This document shows positions 14,187-28,423 of a DNA stretch of 64,000 nt, one piece after another. The translations under genes and the position numbers were made by a program. Source of the DNA: the human T2T-CHM13v2.0 reference genome, Homo sapiens; NCBI RefSeq assembly GCF_009914755.1, contig NC_060941.1. The stretch is one strand, 5' to 3'. The notes under the pieces are model-generated. The model worked only from the letters and a program-made list of their open reading frames with translations. It made no database searches and was not told the DNA's origin. Each line of letters begins with the position of its first letter. The stretch's first letter is position 1.

Positions 14187-16543
14187 TAAGCTGATAACCA
14201 TACATTATCTGTTGTATCTTCTCCCTGCCTGTGGCTTGTTTTTTTAGCTTTCATTATATGATATCTTTTGTTATATAGATGTTTTTAATATTAGCATAGT
14301 CAAATTTATCACCTGTTTATGTCTTACGTATTTCATGTCTTCTACAAGATGATACAATGTCCAAGGTCATAGAGATGGTCTCCTTTGCTTCCTTAATAAG
14401 CTTTAAGAAGTTTTGCTTTTCCTAATTCGCTCTTTACTTTATCTGGCATGTATACGATATAAGGGATCTACTTTCATTTCATGTGGCTAGACAGTTGTCC
14501 AACAGCATTTATTAGCCACCAGCTTATAATGCTATCCTTCTTTCAAACGTGTCATATAATTGAGTATGAACCTGTCAAATTGGGGGCTGAGCAATCCTCA
14601 AGTCCTCAAAGTAGACCATTAACAAAGGGCAGATCATTTTACAGTGTGACTGTTGTGGAATGGAACCAATAATACTGTGTATTCGAATGGCACCTCACAT
14701 ATGGAAAAGAATGCATTGGTCAGCCAGGTTGTTAACCCCCTGCTTTCTCGGTGTGGGTTGCAGTGAGTGCTGTCTTAGTCAAGAGGCAGCCTGCCTTATG
14801 GCACAACCTGTCCATGAGGGAACCCAAACTGATGGTAAAATGAAATGTGGTAATATTTGCTGGCAACAAGCCATAATCTCTGTGTGTTAACTTGGTCTTA
14901 TTTTCTGTGTTAAATGAGGAATGGCTTATTTATCTCTTTAGTTAGTTATTATATTAGATAGTTTTTAGAGTATGTGCAAAACCAAATTGTCATAAACCAG
15001 GGTTATAGAGCCAACCCCTAATAATTGGCAGTGAAAAGAACCTAGTCATTTTATAGCAGTTTCAACATTTAAAGTTTTCTGTTGCCTGTCTTCATTTTTC
15101 CTTTGTAGTTTTCACCTGGAATTACGTACCTACTTTGAAATCACCTAGAGCATAATTCTAAAATCATTACATTACTCTTAAATCAGGCAATAAAAATCTC
15201 TTTTAGGTTGATATTAGCTTTAGTATGGTCTTTCTAATGCTAATTTTTTTTGCACACTTCCTTTTTTTCCTTTAGCTCCATCAAACTTTAAAAGAGAATT
15301 TATGTGGGAAATTCATGTTTTAATTGTCCATACGATTTTTCTTGTTAAAATAAATTTGAAGAGAACATAATTAAAAGGATCTAAAAGAGAAGAAAATATT
15401 TTATTGCAGTTTATTTGTATATTGTAGTATTTAGAGAAACTCACCAAGGATTTCTAAATCACATATGTGAGTTTGTTGTATGTTTGGGTTAAATTATTTT
15501 TTTAACATTTCTTTTACTTTATTTTTTAGTGATACATACTTGGAATAAAGTCTGCCAAAAAGTTGATCGAAATATAAGTTTGACTGCAATGTTGGAAATA
15601 CTCAAATAATTGTTAAAGTCATAGGAAATAAAATGTAGATCCAAACAGGGGATTCTTTAAAAGGACCCGAAGAGTTAAATACTATAAGAAGATGGCATAT
15701 AAAGTTATTCTAGGGATCTCCAAAGAAAAGGCTCTAAAGAAATAGAAAACAAGGATTGAGAGAATCTTTAGAGATCCAAAAAGATAGCACTTGTGGGGCT
15801 GAGATTCTTCTTCCTTCTTTTTCTTCTTTTAGTGATGTCCTTGAGCTACAGATTTTTTTTTTTTATTATGAATGTGCAGGAGACAGTGATAAACCAAATT
15901 GCAGATAAGATCAGATAAAGTAGTATACAGCTAATTAAACATTTCTAATCCTTAGTATTTTTGATAACATAAGATAGCATTGTCTCATATGTCTTTTCTC
16001 TCTTTCCTTCCGTCACCACTTCCCCCACCCCAAATATTGGTTCTGTTATGATTCTGCAATGCAATTTACAATTTTTTTCTACTGAAAGCCATGTTTCGCC
16101 TCTATATAATACTGTAACCTAATTAGAGGTCTTAAAGAGAACTACAAGTTTTATTCAAAACTCTACGTGAACTTACTGTCATTGCCAGTGTTTCTCAGTC
16201 TCTGTATTTATAGGAGTTGCAAAGTCACTTATCTTTCAAAGCTGCCTTTACTACAGATGCTTTCAGAGATGCTGATGTGCTAACGTGCATTGTGAGTATT
16301 CTCCAGGGGGAATAATAGTACAGTGTAGTGGTAAGAATTGATATAATTTTAAAAACATTAACGCTCTTTAAAATGGGATCTATTAAGAAGACAAATAGCT
16401 TTTTTCTTTAAGTCATTTTTTTAGTGTTTGTCATTCAGATTTGAAGACTTGAAATAAAGAGCTTCCCCAAAGACTAGTTAACAGTTGATTCATTGACAAA
16501 TGAGTAGAAAATCTAATTTTGAATTTTGTTTCATCTTTTTCAG

Positions 16544-19147
16544 ATCTCAGTCATAGTGGATTGGCAGATCATTATGAAAATTCCCACTGGGGACAGCAGC
16601 CTACTTACAGAAGCGAAGCCAACTGCAGCTGGGATAAAGTGATAATAGATAGGACTGACAAGGAGGCGTGGCCTTCCATCACAGGAACAGAGACTGAATC
16701 TGCCTCAGAATGTACTACAGACACTGACTCTGCCTCCAACTGTGGCTCAGAGAACAGTAGCATGGCTACAGGGAGTGCCCAGGGCAACTTCACTGGACAT
16801 ACCAAGAAGACAAATGGCAATAATGGCACCAATGGCGCACTCGTCCAAAGCCCTTCTAATCAGAGTGCCCTTGGAGCAGGGGGAGCGAACAGTAATGGAA
16901 GTGCGGCCAGAGTGTGGGGTGTAGCCACAGGCTCCAGCTCTGGCCTGGCTCACTGCTCTGTCAGTGGTGGGGATGGAAAAATGGACACTATGATTGGAGA
17001 TGGGAGAAGTCAGAATTGCTGGGGTGCTTCCAACTCCAATGCTGGCATTAATCTTAACCTTAATCCTAATGCCAACCCAGCTGCCTGGCCTGTACTTGGA
17101 CATGAAGGAACCGTGGCGACAGGCAACCCTTCCAGTATTTGCAGTCCAGTCAGTGCCATAGGTCAAAATATGGGCAACCAGAACGGGAACCCAACAGGCA
17201 CTTTAGGTGCTTGGGGAAACTTGCTGCCACAAGAGAGCACAGAACCACAAACGTCCACTTCTCAGAATGTGTCTTTCAGCGCACAACCTCAGAACCTTAA
17301 CACTGATGGACCAAATAACACTAACCCCATGAACTCTTCACCCAACCCTATCAATGCAATGCAGACAAATGGACTGCCAAACTGGGGCATGGCTGTTGGT
17401 ATGGGGGCCATCATCCCGCCCCACCTGCAAGGCCTTCCTGGTGCTAATGGATCATCAGTTTCTCAAGTCAGTGGGGGCAGTGCTGAAGGAATAAGCAATT
17501 CTGTGTGGGGACTGTCCCCAGGTAACCCTGCCACAGGAAATAGCAATTCTGGGTTCAGTCAGGGGAATGGAGACACTGTGAACTCAGCATTAAGTGCTAA
17601 ACAAAATGGATCCAGCAGTGCTGTGCAAAAGGAAGGAAGTGGAGGAAATGCTTGGGATTCAGGACCTCCTGCTGGTCCTGGAATACTCGCCTGGGGAAGG
17701 GGCAGTGGCAACAATGGCGTTGGTAATATCCATTCAGGAGCTTGGGGCCACCCCAGCCGAAGCACCTCTAACGGTGTGAATGGGGAATGGGGAAAGCCCC
17801 CAAACCAGCATTCCAACAGTGACATCAATGGGAAAGGATCAACAGGGTGGGAGAGTCCTAGTGTCACCAGCCAGAACCCTACCGTACAGCCTGGTGGTGA
17901 ACACATGAACTCCTGGGCCAAAGCGGCATCTTCTGGAACTACAGCAAGTGAAGGAAGTAGTGATGGTTCTGGCAACCACAATGAAGGAAGCACTGGGAGG
18001 GAAGGAACGGGAGAAGGCCGAAGGCGAGATAAAGGGATTATAGACCAAGGGCACATCCAGTTGCCAAGGAATGATCTTGACCCAAGAGTTCTGTCTAATA
18101 CTGGTTGGGGACAGACTCCTGTAAAGCAAAACACTGCCTGGGAATTTGAAGAATCCCCTAGGTCTGAAAGGAAAAATGACAATGGGACAGAGGCCTGGGG
18201 TTGTGCAGCTACTCAGGCTTCAAACTCAGGGGGGAAGAACGATGGGTCCATCATGAACAGTACAAATACCTCTTCAGTATCTGGGTGGGTCAACGCGCCA
18301 CCTGCCGCTGTGCCAGCAAACACAGGTTGGGGAGACAGCAACAACAAAGCGCCAAGTGGCCCGGGGGTTTGGGGGGACTCGATAAGCTCTACTGCTGTTA
18401 GTACTGCTGCTGCTGCCAAGAGTGGCCATGCTTGGAGTGGGGCCGCAAATCAGGAGGACAAGTCACCCACCTGGGGTGAGCCTCCAAAGCCCAAATCCCA
18501 ACACTGGGGAGATGGACAAAGATCAAATCCAGCCTGGAGTGCAGGAGGGGGAGATTGGGCAGATTCATCGTCTGTCCTTGGACACTTGGGGGATGGGAAA
18601 AAAAATGGATCTGGATGGGATGCTGACAGTAATAGGTCAGGGTCTGGTTGGAATGACACCACGAGATCTGGGAACAGTGGCTGGGGCAACAGCACAAATA
18701 CAAAGGCCAATCCAGGTACAAACTGGGGGGAGACTTTAAAACCTGGCCCCCAACAGAACTGGGCTAGCAAACCCCAAGACAACAATGTGAGTAACTGGGG
18801 AGGAGCTGCTTCTGTGAAACAGACAGGAACAGGGTGGATCGGGGGGCCGGTACCGGTCAAACAGAAGGACAGCAGTGAAGCAACTGGCTGGGAAGAACCC
18901 TCTCCACCGTCCATTCGCCGCAAAATGGAAATTGATGATGGTACCTCAGCTTGGGGGGACCCAAGCAACTATAACAATAAAACTGTAAACATGTGGGATA
19001 GAAACAACCCGGTCATCCAGAGCAGTACCACGACCAATACCACCACCACCACCACCACTACCACGAGCAACACCACACACAGGGTCGAGACGCCGCCCCC
19101 GCACCAGGCCGGTACTCAGCTGAATCGATCACCGTTGCTTGGTCCAG
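16544..19147 (+). CDS. TNRC6C: Large GW-rich exon (2604 nt, phase 1-1), N-terminal Argonaute-binding domain; ATG of MATGSAQ at 16762; alternative donor after 19156
   Basis: Acceptor ttttcag|ATCTC, donor CCAG|gtagga. Lies within the 900-aa ORF; motifs NDNGTEAWG (18175-18201) and IDDGTSAWGDP (18931-18963). Confidence 0.96.
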
Positions 19148-20978
19148 GTAGGAAAGGTATTTCATGTTTCTTTACAAGTAAAAAAAAAAAAAAAAAGCTT
19201 ATTCTCATTATATATTCATGAATACTCCGAGTAGTGTTTTTTATAGCAAATAGCATTAAAATAATTTAAGTTCCCTATCACCGTGCAATATTGTATCTAA
19301 AGATTATCCAGTGAGAGCAAAGTAGGATCCTCTGGTGGTTTTCTATTCAAGAAAAAAATATATTAAGCACACTCAGTAGAACATCAAGCGAATGTTTTGG
19401 TGGTGGCGGTGGTGGCCTGGGGTGGAGATGATGGATTTGAAAGCAATGACAGTGCATGATTCCAAGATTTCGTAACCATTTGGATACAGGAGCAAAGAAG
19501 ATAGGATAGACATGGTTCAGAACTTGGGCAAGTTGGCAGATGACTGTGTCAGTTCACTGACATGCCCATGAGCACAGCAGGAGGCACAGAGCTCCAAGTG
19601 TCCAGTGAGGACAATAAAAGGTCCCAGATACGGAAGACCAGTTCTCAGCCAGAGGGGCAAGGTCCAGAGTAGAGAGATTTTAAGGTGGCAAAGTCGTGAG
19701 CATGTTTCAGAGCTGTTAGAAAGGAACAAGTGGAGATGAGAATGAATGAAGAGGGAAGAGATCCCTGTGTCCAGCAGGACAAGGGCACTTCATCCATCTC
19801 GTGAAGCAAGGAGCAGGAAAGAGCGCTGCACAGGTGGGCCAGGCTGTCATGGCCAGAGGGCCAAGGCCACCTTCTGGGGTTCTTTTCTCTCTGGGAGTGT
19901 GAATACTAGCCCAGAGTGGAGGAGGGCTGGCTAGGAGCAGCAGCACGAGTAGAGAGGGAGCATGCATTAGCCCATGTAGAGGACAGGAACAGAGAACTGA
20001 CTTGACTGGGGCCCCTGGAGGGTTGCTGGGCAATGTCAGGGCCCAGAGATCACCATACACAGTGAATTTATTGGGACCTGCCATGTACTAGGCTGTACTC
20101 TAGTAGCTGGGGAAACTGCAGGAAGCAAAACAGTCAAAACCCTGCCATGGAGGGGTCTAGATCTAGTGAGGGTGGCAAACAACACACGAATTAAAGTATA
20201 TACGTAGTGTTGGGCAGTGATGGTGCAGGGAGGAAACAGTAAGCCCAGAAGGTCTGCATGCGGGGGCCACTGGAGTTGGGGAATCACCATCTTGTGTAGG
20301 GCAGCCTGGGCATTTGGGCACCTTTTTGGTTTTTGTCATAAGCGTTCAACAGGAGAATGTCCTGCCTGCTGCATTAATTCAATTATGACTGCCCTACAGG
20401 ACCTCCCCTGGCCCACCAGCTGGGCCCTCCAGCCTCCTCGTAGACTTCTTGGTGGTTCACTTGTGTACCTCTCTGAGGCTGCCACATCAGGAATCCTTTA
20501 TGGATCCTCAAGACAGTTTTAGCCTCCAGCTAACGCATCAGTGTCACTAAACCAGAGGTCAAAAATCAGTGGTCCGTGGGCTGCACCTAGTCCCACAAAT
20601 GTGCCTTTTTGGCCCACATTTTTTCTGTGAATTGGCATTTTTTTAATGCAAATGTTTTATATTAAATTCCAGATTTCTGGCTTCCTTTGGAAACCTGAAA
20701 AGTCTGACATTGGATTCACATGGCAGCAGTCAGTCAGAGCCACTTGCCTTCATAAGGGCCTGTGCATTTTCTCCATACCATGTCACGTTGCCCCCCGACC
20801 CCTGACGGTTCCCAACACTGAGGCTTTTGATCAGTAGCCACTGAGCATCATCAAGCTTGCGCTGCTGTTCTTACGCTGGGCCTGTTTACGTTAACTGACT
20901 GGTTCCTTGGAGTACTTGAATTTGTGATTCCAATTGTTTACTAATATATGACTAATATTTCTAGGCCCTTACATTTTA

Positions 20979-21353
<375 letters not shown>

Positions 21354-21605
21354 TAAGATTATTCCTAAGTAAGGAATAGTCTAGTGGGACAGGCTAGTAA
21401 TATCAAATTTAATAGAGTTTAATTAGCATTATAGTAAAGGTATGCAGAAAGTGATCTGAGAGCCCCCACCTGTAATCCCAGCTACTTGGGAGGCTGAGGT
21501 GGAAGGATGGCTTGAGCCCAGGAGTTCAAAGCCTGCCTGGGCAACATAACGAGACCCCATTTCTTTAAACAAACGAACAAAAAAGCTCCAGGAACAGAAT
21601 TAATA

Positions 21606-23346
21606 CAGTCATGCATAGCTTAACAATGGTGATACATTCTAAGAAATGTGTCATCAGACAATTTCAGCATTGTGTTAACATTATAAAGTATAGTTACATA
21701 AACCTAGATGGCATAGCCTCCTGCTCACCTAGGCTATACGGTACAGCCTGTTGCTCCTAGGCTACAAACCTGCACAGCATATTACTGTACTGAATACTGT
21801 AGGCAGTTGTAGGACGATGGTAAGTATTTATATATCTAAACATGAAAAGGGGACATTAAAATATGGTATAAAATATTTAAAATGGTGCACCTGTATAGGG
21901 CACTTACCATGAGTGGAGCTTGCAGGACTGGAAGTGGCTGTGGGTGAGTCAGTGAGTTAGTGGTGAGTGAATGTGAAGGCTTGGGACACTACTGCACACT
22001 ACTGCAGACTACGCACACCACTGCAGACTACTGCACACTACTGCAGACTACGCACACCACTGCAGACTACTGTACACTACTGGAGACTACTGCAGAGTAC
22101 TGTGCACTACTATACACCACTGCAGACTACTGTAAACCACTGCAGACTACTGTATACTACTGCAGACTACTGCACGCCACTGCAGACTACTGTACACCAC
22201 TGCAAAGTAGAGTTCACCACTGTATACCACTGCAGAGCACTGTACATCACTGTGGACTACTGCGCACCACTGCAGACTACTGTAGACTACTATACACCAC
22301 TGCAGACTACTGTAGACTAGTATACACCACTGCAGACTACTGCACACCACTGCAGACTACTGTATGCTACTGGAGACTACTGCAGACTACTGTAGACTAC
22401 TATACACCACTGCAGACTACTACAGACTACTGTACACTACTGGAGACTACTGTGGACTACTGTACACTACTATACATTACTGCAGACTACTGTACACTAC
22501 TATACACCACTGCAGACTACTGTACGCTACCATACACCACTGCAGACTACTGTACACTACCATACACCACTGCGGACTACTGTACGCTACCATACACCAC
22601 TGCGGACTACTGTATGCTACCATACACCACTGCGGACTACTGTACGCTACCATACACCACTGCGGACTACTGTACGCTACCATACACCACTGCGGACTAC
22701 TGTACGCTACCATACACCACTGCGGACTACTGTACACCACTGCAAAGTAGAGTTCAGCACTGTACACCACTGCAGAGTACTGCGCACCACTGTAGACTGC
22801 TGTAGACTTGGTGAACACTGTACGCTTAGGCCACACTACATTTATTAAAAGATTAAAAGATACTTTCTTCAGTAACACTTAGCTTAAAACACACATTGTA
22901 CAGCTTCACAAAAGTATTTTTTATATTCTTATTCTATGAGCTTTTTTTTTGTACCTTTTAAACTTTTTTGATAACTAAGACACAAACGCACACGTTAGCC
23001 TAGGCCTACACAGGGCCGGGATCTTCAGTATCACTGTTGTCCACCTCCACACGTTGTCCCATTGGAGATCCAATAACAGGAAGTACAGTAAAGACATAAA
23101 CTGGTAACATAGTCTTGTATCAGCATCATCAGTTGTGTGTGCTAGACCTTGCTGTGACTGGCCGCACAGTAGGTTTGTTTACACGAGCATCACCACAAAC
23201 ACGTGGGGAATGCATTCCGCTACATTATGATGGGTATGGCGTCACTAGGTGATGGGAATTTTTCAGCTCCATTATATATAATCTTAGGGGACCATTGTCC
23301 TGTACGCAGTCAGTTGACCAAACCGTCATTATGCAGCCCATGACTA
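21606..23346 (-). mobile_element. Tigger3-family (TcMar) DNA transposon, internally expanded by the VNTR
   Basis: Termini ta-CAGTCATGC... / ...GCCCATGACTA; internal sequence resembles Tigger3. Confidence 0.8.
21986..22808 (+). repeat. Minisatellite/VNTR: 10-bp units (TGCAGACTAC, TGTACACTAC, TATACACCAC) with 30-bp higher-order repeats
   Basis: Visible decamer phase; six near-identical 30-mers CATACACCACTGCGGACTACTGTACGCTAC at 22561-22740. Confidence 0.97.
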
Positions 23347-23739
23347 TTTTAAATTGGCTTGTGTGTCCCATCCACCCTTAGTGGATAGTCCCAATTTGAA
23401 TGCCAACTCCTGGAAGAGTTCAGGCTACAGAGGGCCCTATGCCTGGCACTGGAGTCGTGCAATAAATGTGGTCTGGCCATGGTTGGCAGTCATGTATGGA
23501 GCATTTTTATGGATCACCTCATTGGATTTTTACAGCTCCTTGGGCCTCATTTTACAAATGAGACCTAGGAGATTAAGTAGCTTTCCAAGGGTACATATGT
23601 GGGAGGGAGATGGTGAAGTCTCAGATGTGTAATATATACCATGACCTGCTGACATTTCTAAAATATTACATCCATGACACCCTACAGAGGTTAGAACCAC
23701 ATTGCATTTGTTGGGGGATCTCTCCCCTTTGATACGTGA

Positions 23740-24492
<753 letters not shown>

Positions 24493-27288
24493 CAGAAACT
24501 ACTTTTAACTTGTTTTTAGTAGCCAAAACATGGGAGCTTCATGCTGAGAAAGGCATTCTTGTTCAGTTAAAAGGGCCAAAATAATTCTCTTTTATATGAA
24601 AAATATTTATAGATTTTTTTAAACAAATTGCACATATTATCACCAAATATAAAGAAGAAAAATGTGCTGTAACTGCTACACCTTAACAGAGTGTTTCTGT
24701 ACTCTGTTCTCCCCTGCAACTTTTGCAGCCTGTGCATGCGTGTGCTCTTTGTAGGTGTAGCAATACTATAGGAGCAGTTGCAAATCTAGTTTTACCAATT
24801 AAAAGAGACAAATAAAAAGTTACACAAATTTTTTTCCATGTGGAAGTGTGCTCACATGCTGAAAGTATGTTTAGTATATTGTACAACATATGGGGTTATT
24901 TGTTCATTTTTTTCATTTATAACATTAATCTCTTTTTCTACCACTGGCATAAAGTGGCTACACTGAGTATTATTCCTGCCCTGTATTACCTGTGATGTTT
25001 AACTCTCAGACATGAACCAAGCCTTCTTTTGCAGTGAGAGCAAAGTTCATCACCCTTAAGAATTACAAGTAATCATAGCCTTTCACTCTCCAAACTTGTT
25101 AGACCAAGCTATTATTTGAGCCTGTAGAAGTAACAGTTCCACACCAGTTCCCTTCATAGAGGTGACAGCATGCAGGAGTGGCATTACCCCCGGTGGCAGC
25201 CCCTTGCCCTCCTCTCTGGGGACTGTGCCATCTGGGCAGTCAGGGTCAGCAAGGGCAGCAGCAGTCTCAGCACCTGCTGGGCCGTGCTGCCCACTGGCTT
25301 GAATGCCTGCGCAGCTTTCCATAGCTACTGGGATTCCCAGACAAAAGCCTTCCACTTGTGACTACTTCATGAAGTTTCTGCTATTTTTAAAGTTGGTGTT
25401 TTTAGGTTTTATTCAGCATAGGTTGACCTATGCTGAATTTATAGAATTTTCACTTATGTCAGAGTTTGGGTTTTAAGTTGTGGATCATTACCACTTAAGG
25501 GTATTGATCTCTCCTGTCTTATAAAATATGATTTCTGAATTACATTTTTGTGTGTGTGTGTGTGTTGTTTTAAAGGAACGAATGCTACAGTACAATCATT
25601 TTTGTCCTATGCTTGTTGATATTAATTAGTTTTCTGTGAGCCTGAGGAAAACTGGTAGTATTTTAGGAAATGCAGTATAGCTTCCTAAACTGGATTGTCT
25701 GGACCTGGTTCAGGTTCATTCTGGAGATAAAACAACAGTATTAGTCCAGAGAAATATCCCTGTGCCTGCCTTTTTATCAGAAATTGTAGGCTGCCTGAGA
25801 AGGGCTCCAGAGGCCGCACTTGACACTCCTCGAACATTGCCTCAATTACTCAGTCTCTGGTGCGAGCCAGAATTGCAGGACCTGCTACCTTGCGCTCTGC
25901 TGTGCATACAAAGCTATTAAGTCGTCATAAAATCAGTCTGCTGTTTTACCAGTTAGTGGGATGTGGCAGAAAGGGAGAAAGTGCAAACATAGCATTTATG
26001 TGTGTTCTAAGGGAATGAAAGCAGATCCTAAAAATACTCAGCAACATGATTACCTCGCATACTCAGACATAATATTCTGGGACACTTAAAAACCAACTTG
26101 CAGACACACAAGAGAACATTGAATATTAATTAACAAAACCATTTAGTGAGTAATGGAGCCTCATAGTTGGCTCTGAATCTAACAATGAGATTGAAGAAGA
26201 ACTTCCAGGGATTTCATCTCTGAACTCAGATTTCACTGAAATGTAGATAATTTTAGAGTCAAATATGAAGGCCATTATACAGTTGATCCAAGCTAAACCA
26301 GCAGCAGTGGGGTAGTGACATCTTACTGTGTCTTCCAACAGTGGCTAGAAGTAAAATATCATTACATATGCCAATCAGAAAACTGGCAGGCAGTATACTG
26401 CTAATACTGATCTTAGTCTAGAATTTGTTGTGTGTTCATTTTGCTGCCTATTTGCAGCTCTTCAGAGATGTATCTCAGCCATAGCAGGGATTCCAGCTGT
26501 GCTGGTGGTGACCACTGTGGGCTCCTACAAGTCGGCAAAGGCTCTAGCCAGAGGCACACTTTACTTTGCATGTGGGTACTTAATCTGGTGATATTTGCTT
26601 TAAAACTTAGTTTTCTGAAACAATTATCATCTTATAAAATATAAAACCAGAGGTTGTGTGCATTAATCATGGAAGAGGCATATCTCCAATTCACTAAACT
26701 AAAACTTGGAAAAAATTAGATTTAGGAAGCTTCTACCTAAAAAGATGAGACGTGTATTGTTTCTATAAGTCTCATTAGCAGCAGAAGCCAGAGAGCAGTG
26801 GCCTTCCTTCCAGACTCCTGTCCTAGGAAGTTTATCATTCTTTAGTATAAAAACTACACCAAAAGACAGTCACCTGCAGATGGAGTGAATCAGCAAGATC
26901 CTGTTACAGCTCAGCTGTTTTCACATAACTTCGGAAATAGATCCCATTGACCTCTGCAGCCAGAAGTAATTCTATTTTAAGCACTATGCAGTAGTTACTA
27001 AAAGAGAAATTATCTGAGTGATCTGTGCTTTTTGTGGATGTGGGATTTTTCTTGGGTTTGGATTTGGCTGGGTTGTTTTTGCTTTCCTGTGTTTGAGGGG
27101 TTTGGTAAGTGGGGCTGGACTTCAGCAAGGACTGGGGAGTTGGGAGCCTGCTACGGAAGTAGGAAGAGATGCTTCTCAGTGCAAGTCCGTGGCGTGAGAC
27201 GTGTGAACCCCACATGCAAAGGCCTTAGCTTTAGGTACCTTCAATTCAAAATAGATAAATGATGAAGACAGTTGAAAATACAGTGTGA

Positions 27289-27597
27289 GGCCGGACACAG
27301 TGGCTCACGCCTGTAATCCCAGCACTTTGGGAGGCTGAGCCAGGTGGGTTGCTTGAACCCTGGAGTTTGAGAACAACCTGGGCAACCTAGTGAGACCCAC
27401 GTCTCTACAAAAAATACAAAAATTAGCTGGGCATAGTGGCACACGCCTCTAGTCCCGGCTACTCAAGAGGCTGAGGCAGGAGGATCACCAGAGCCCAGGG
27501 AGGTGAAGGCTGCAGTGAGCTGTGGTTGCACCACCACACTCCATCCTGGACAACAGGAGACCCTGTCTCAAAAAAAAAAAAAAAAAGAAAAAGAAAA
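27289..27597 (+). mobile_element. AluJ
   Basis: Diverged dimer. Confidence 0.9.
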
Positions 27598-28144
27598 TAT
27601 AGTGTGCCCCCCGCCACCGATAGCAGTAGGAAAGAGTTAGCCCATTAAAATCTGTATTAGTATCGTGAAATCAAAACTGTATAAGATGGTTTTCCTTTTC
27701 TAATACTTCACATGATGACTCAATAAGGCAGGCAGAAGAAGCTGTTCTAAGGGAAGTTACTGTGCAGCTCAAGGCCCGTGGTCAGTTTCTAGAAGGGACC
27801 CCGAATCTGTAACCCTCAAACAGAGTCCCCTGACTTTGGAATGGAAGTGTCAAATGCCCACCACAAAGGCTTTCAGAAAAGTAGGATACTTTGCCATCTG
27901 ACTGTACTCTTGTATAATGAGCAAACTCTTCTATATAAAGTTTCATTGTACAAAGACCCATCTTGATTTCAGATAAGAAAGTTTTATTGATCTTACAGCT
28001 ATCAATTCTGCTCTGTTCCTCCATAAGCAAGTACCCAACCAGCCATCATAGTAAATTTGCATTAAGTTTAAAGGCCGTTGGTATGAGTAAAAAATCTCAT
28101 CTCATTAATATTTAGGTCAGTACCTTAAAAAGCCAAGCACATAG

Positions 28145-28423
<279 letters not shown>

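Noticed and set aside
17559-18968. Antisense ORFs of 207 and 172 aa over the big exon
   Set aside because: Codon-register shadows of the sense GW ORF; no independent support.
21986-22808. CRISPR-like array or genuine 281-aa protein
   Set aside because: No unique spacers, eukaryotic intron, non-ATG start; the open frame follows from repeat composition.
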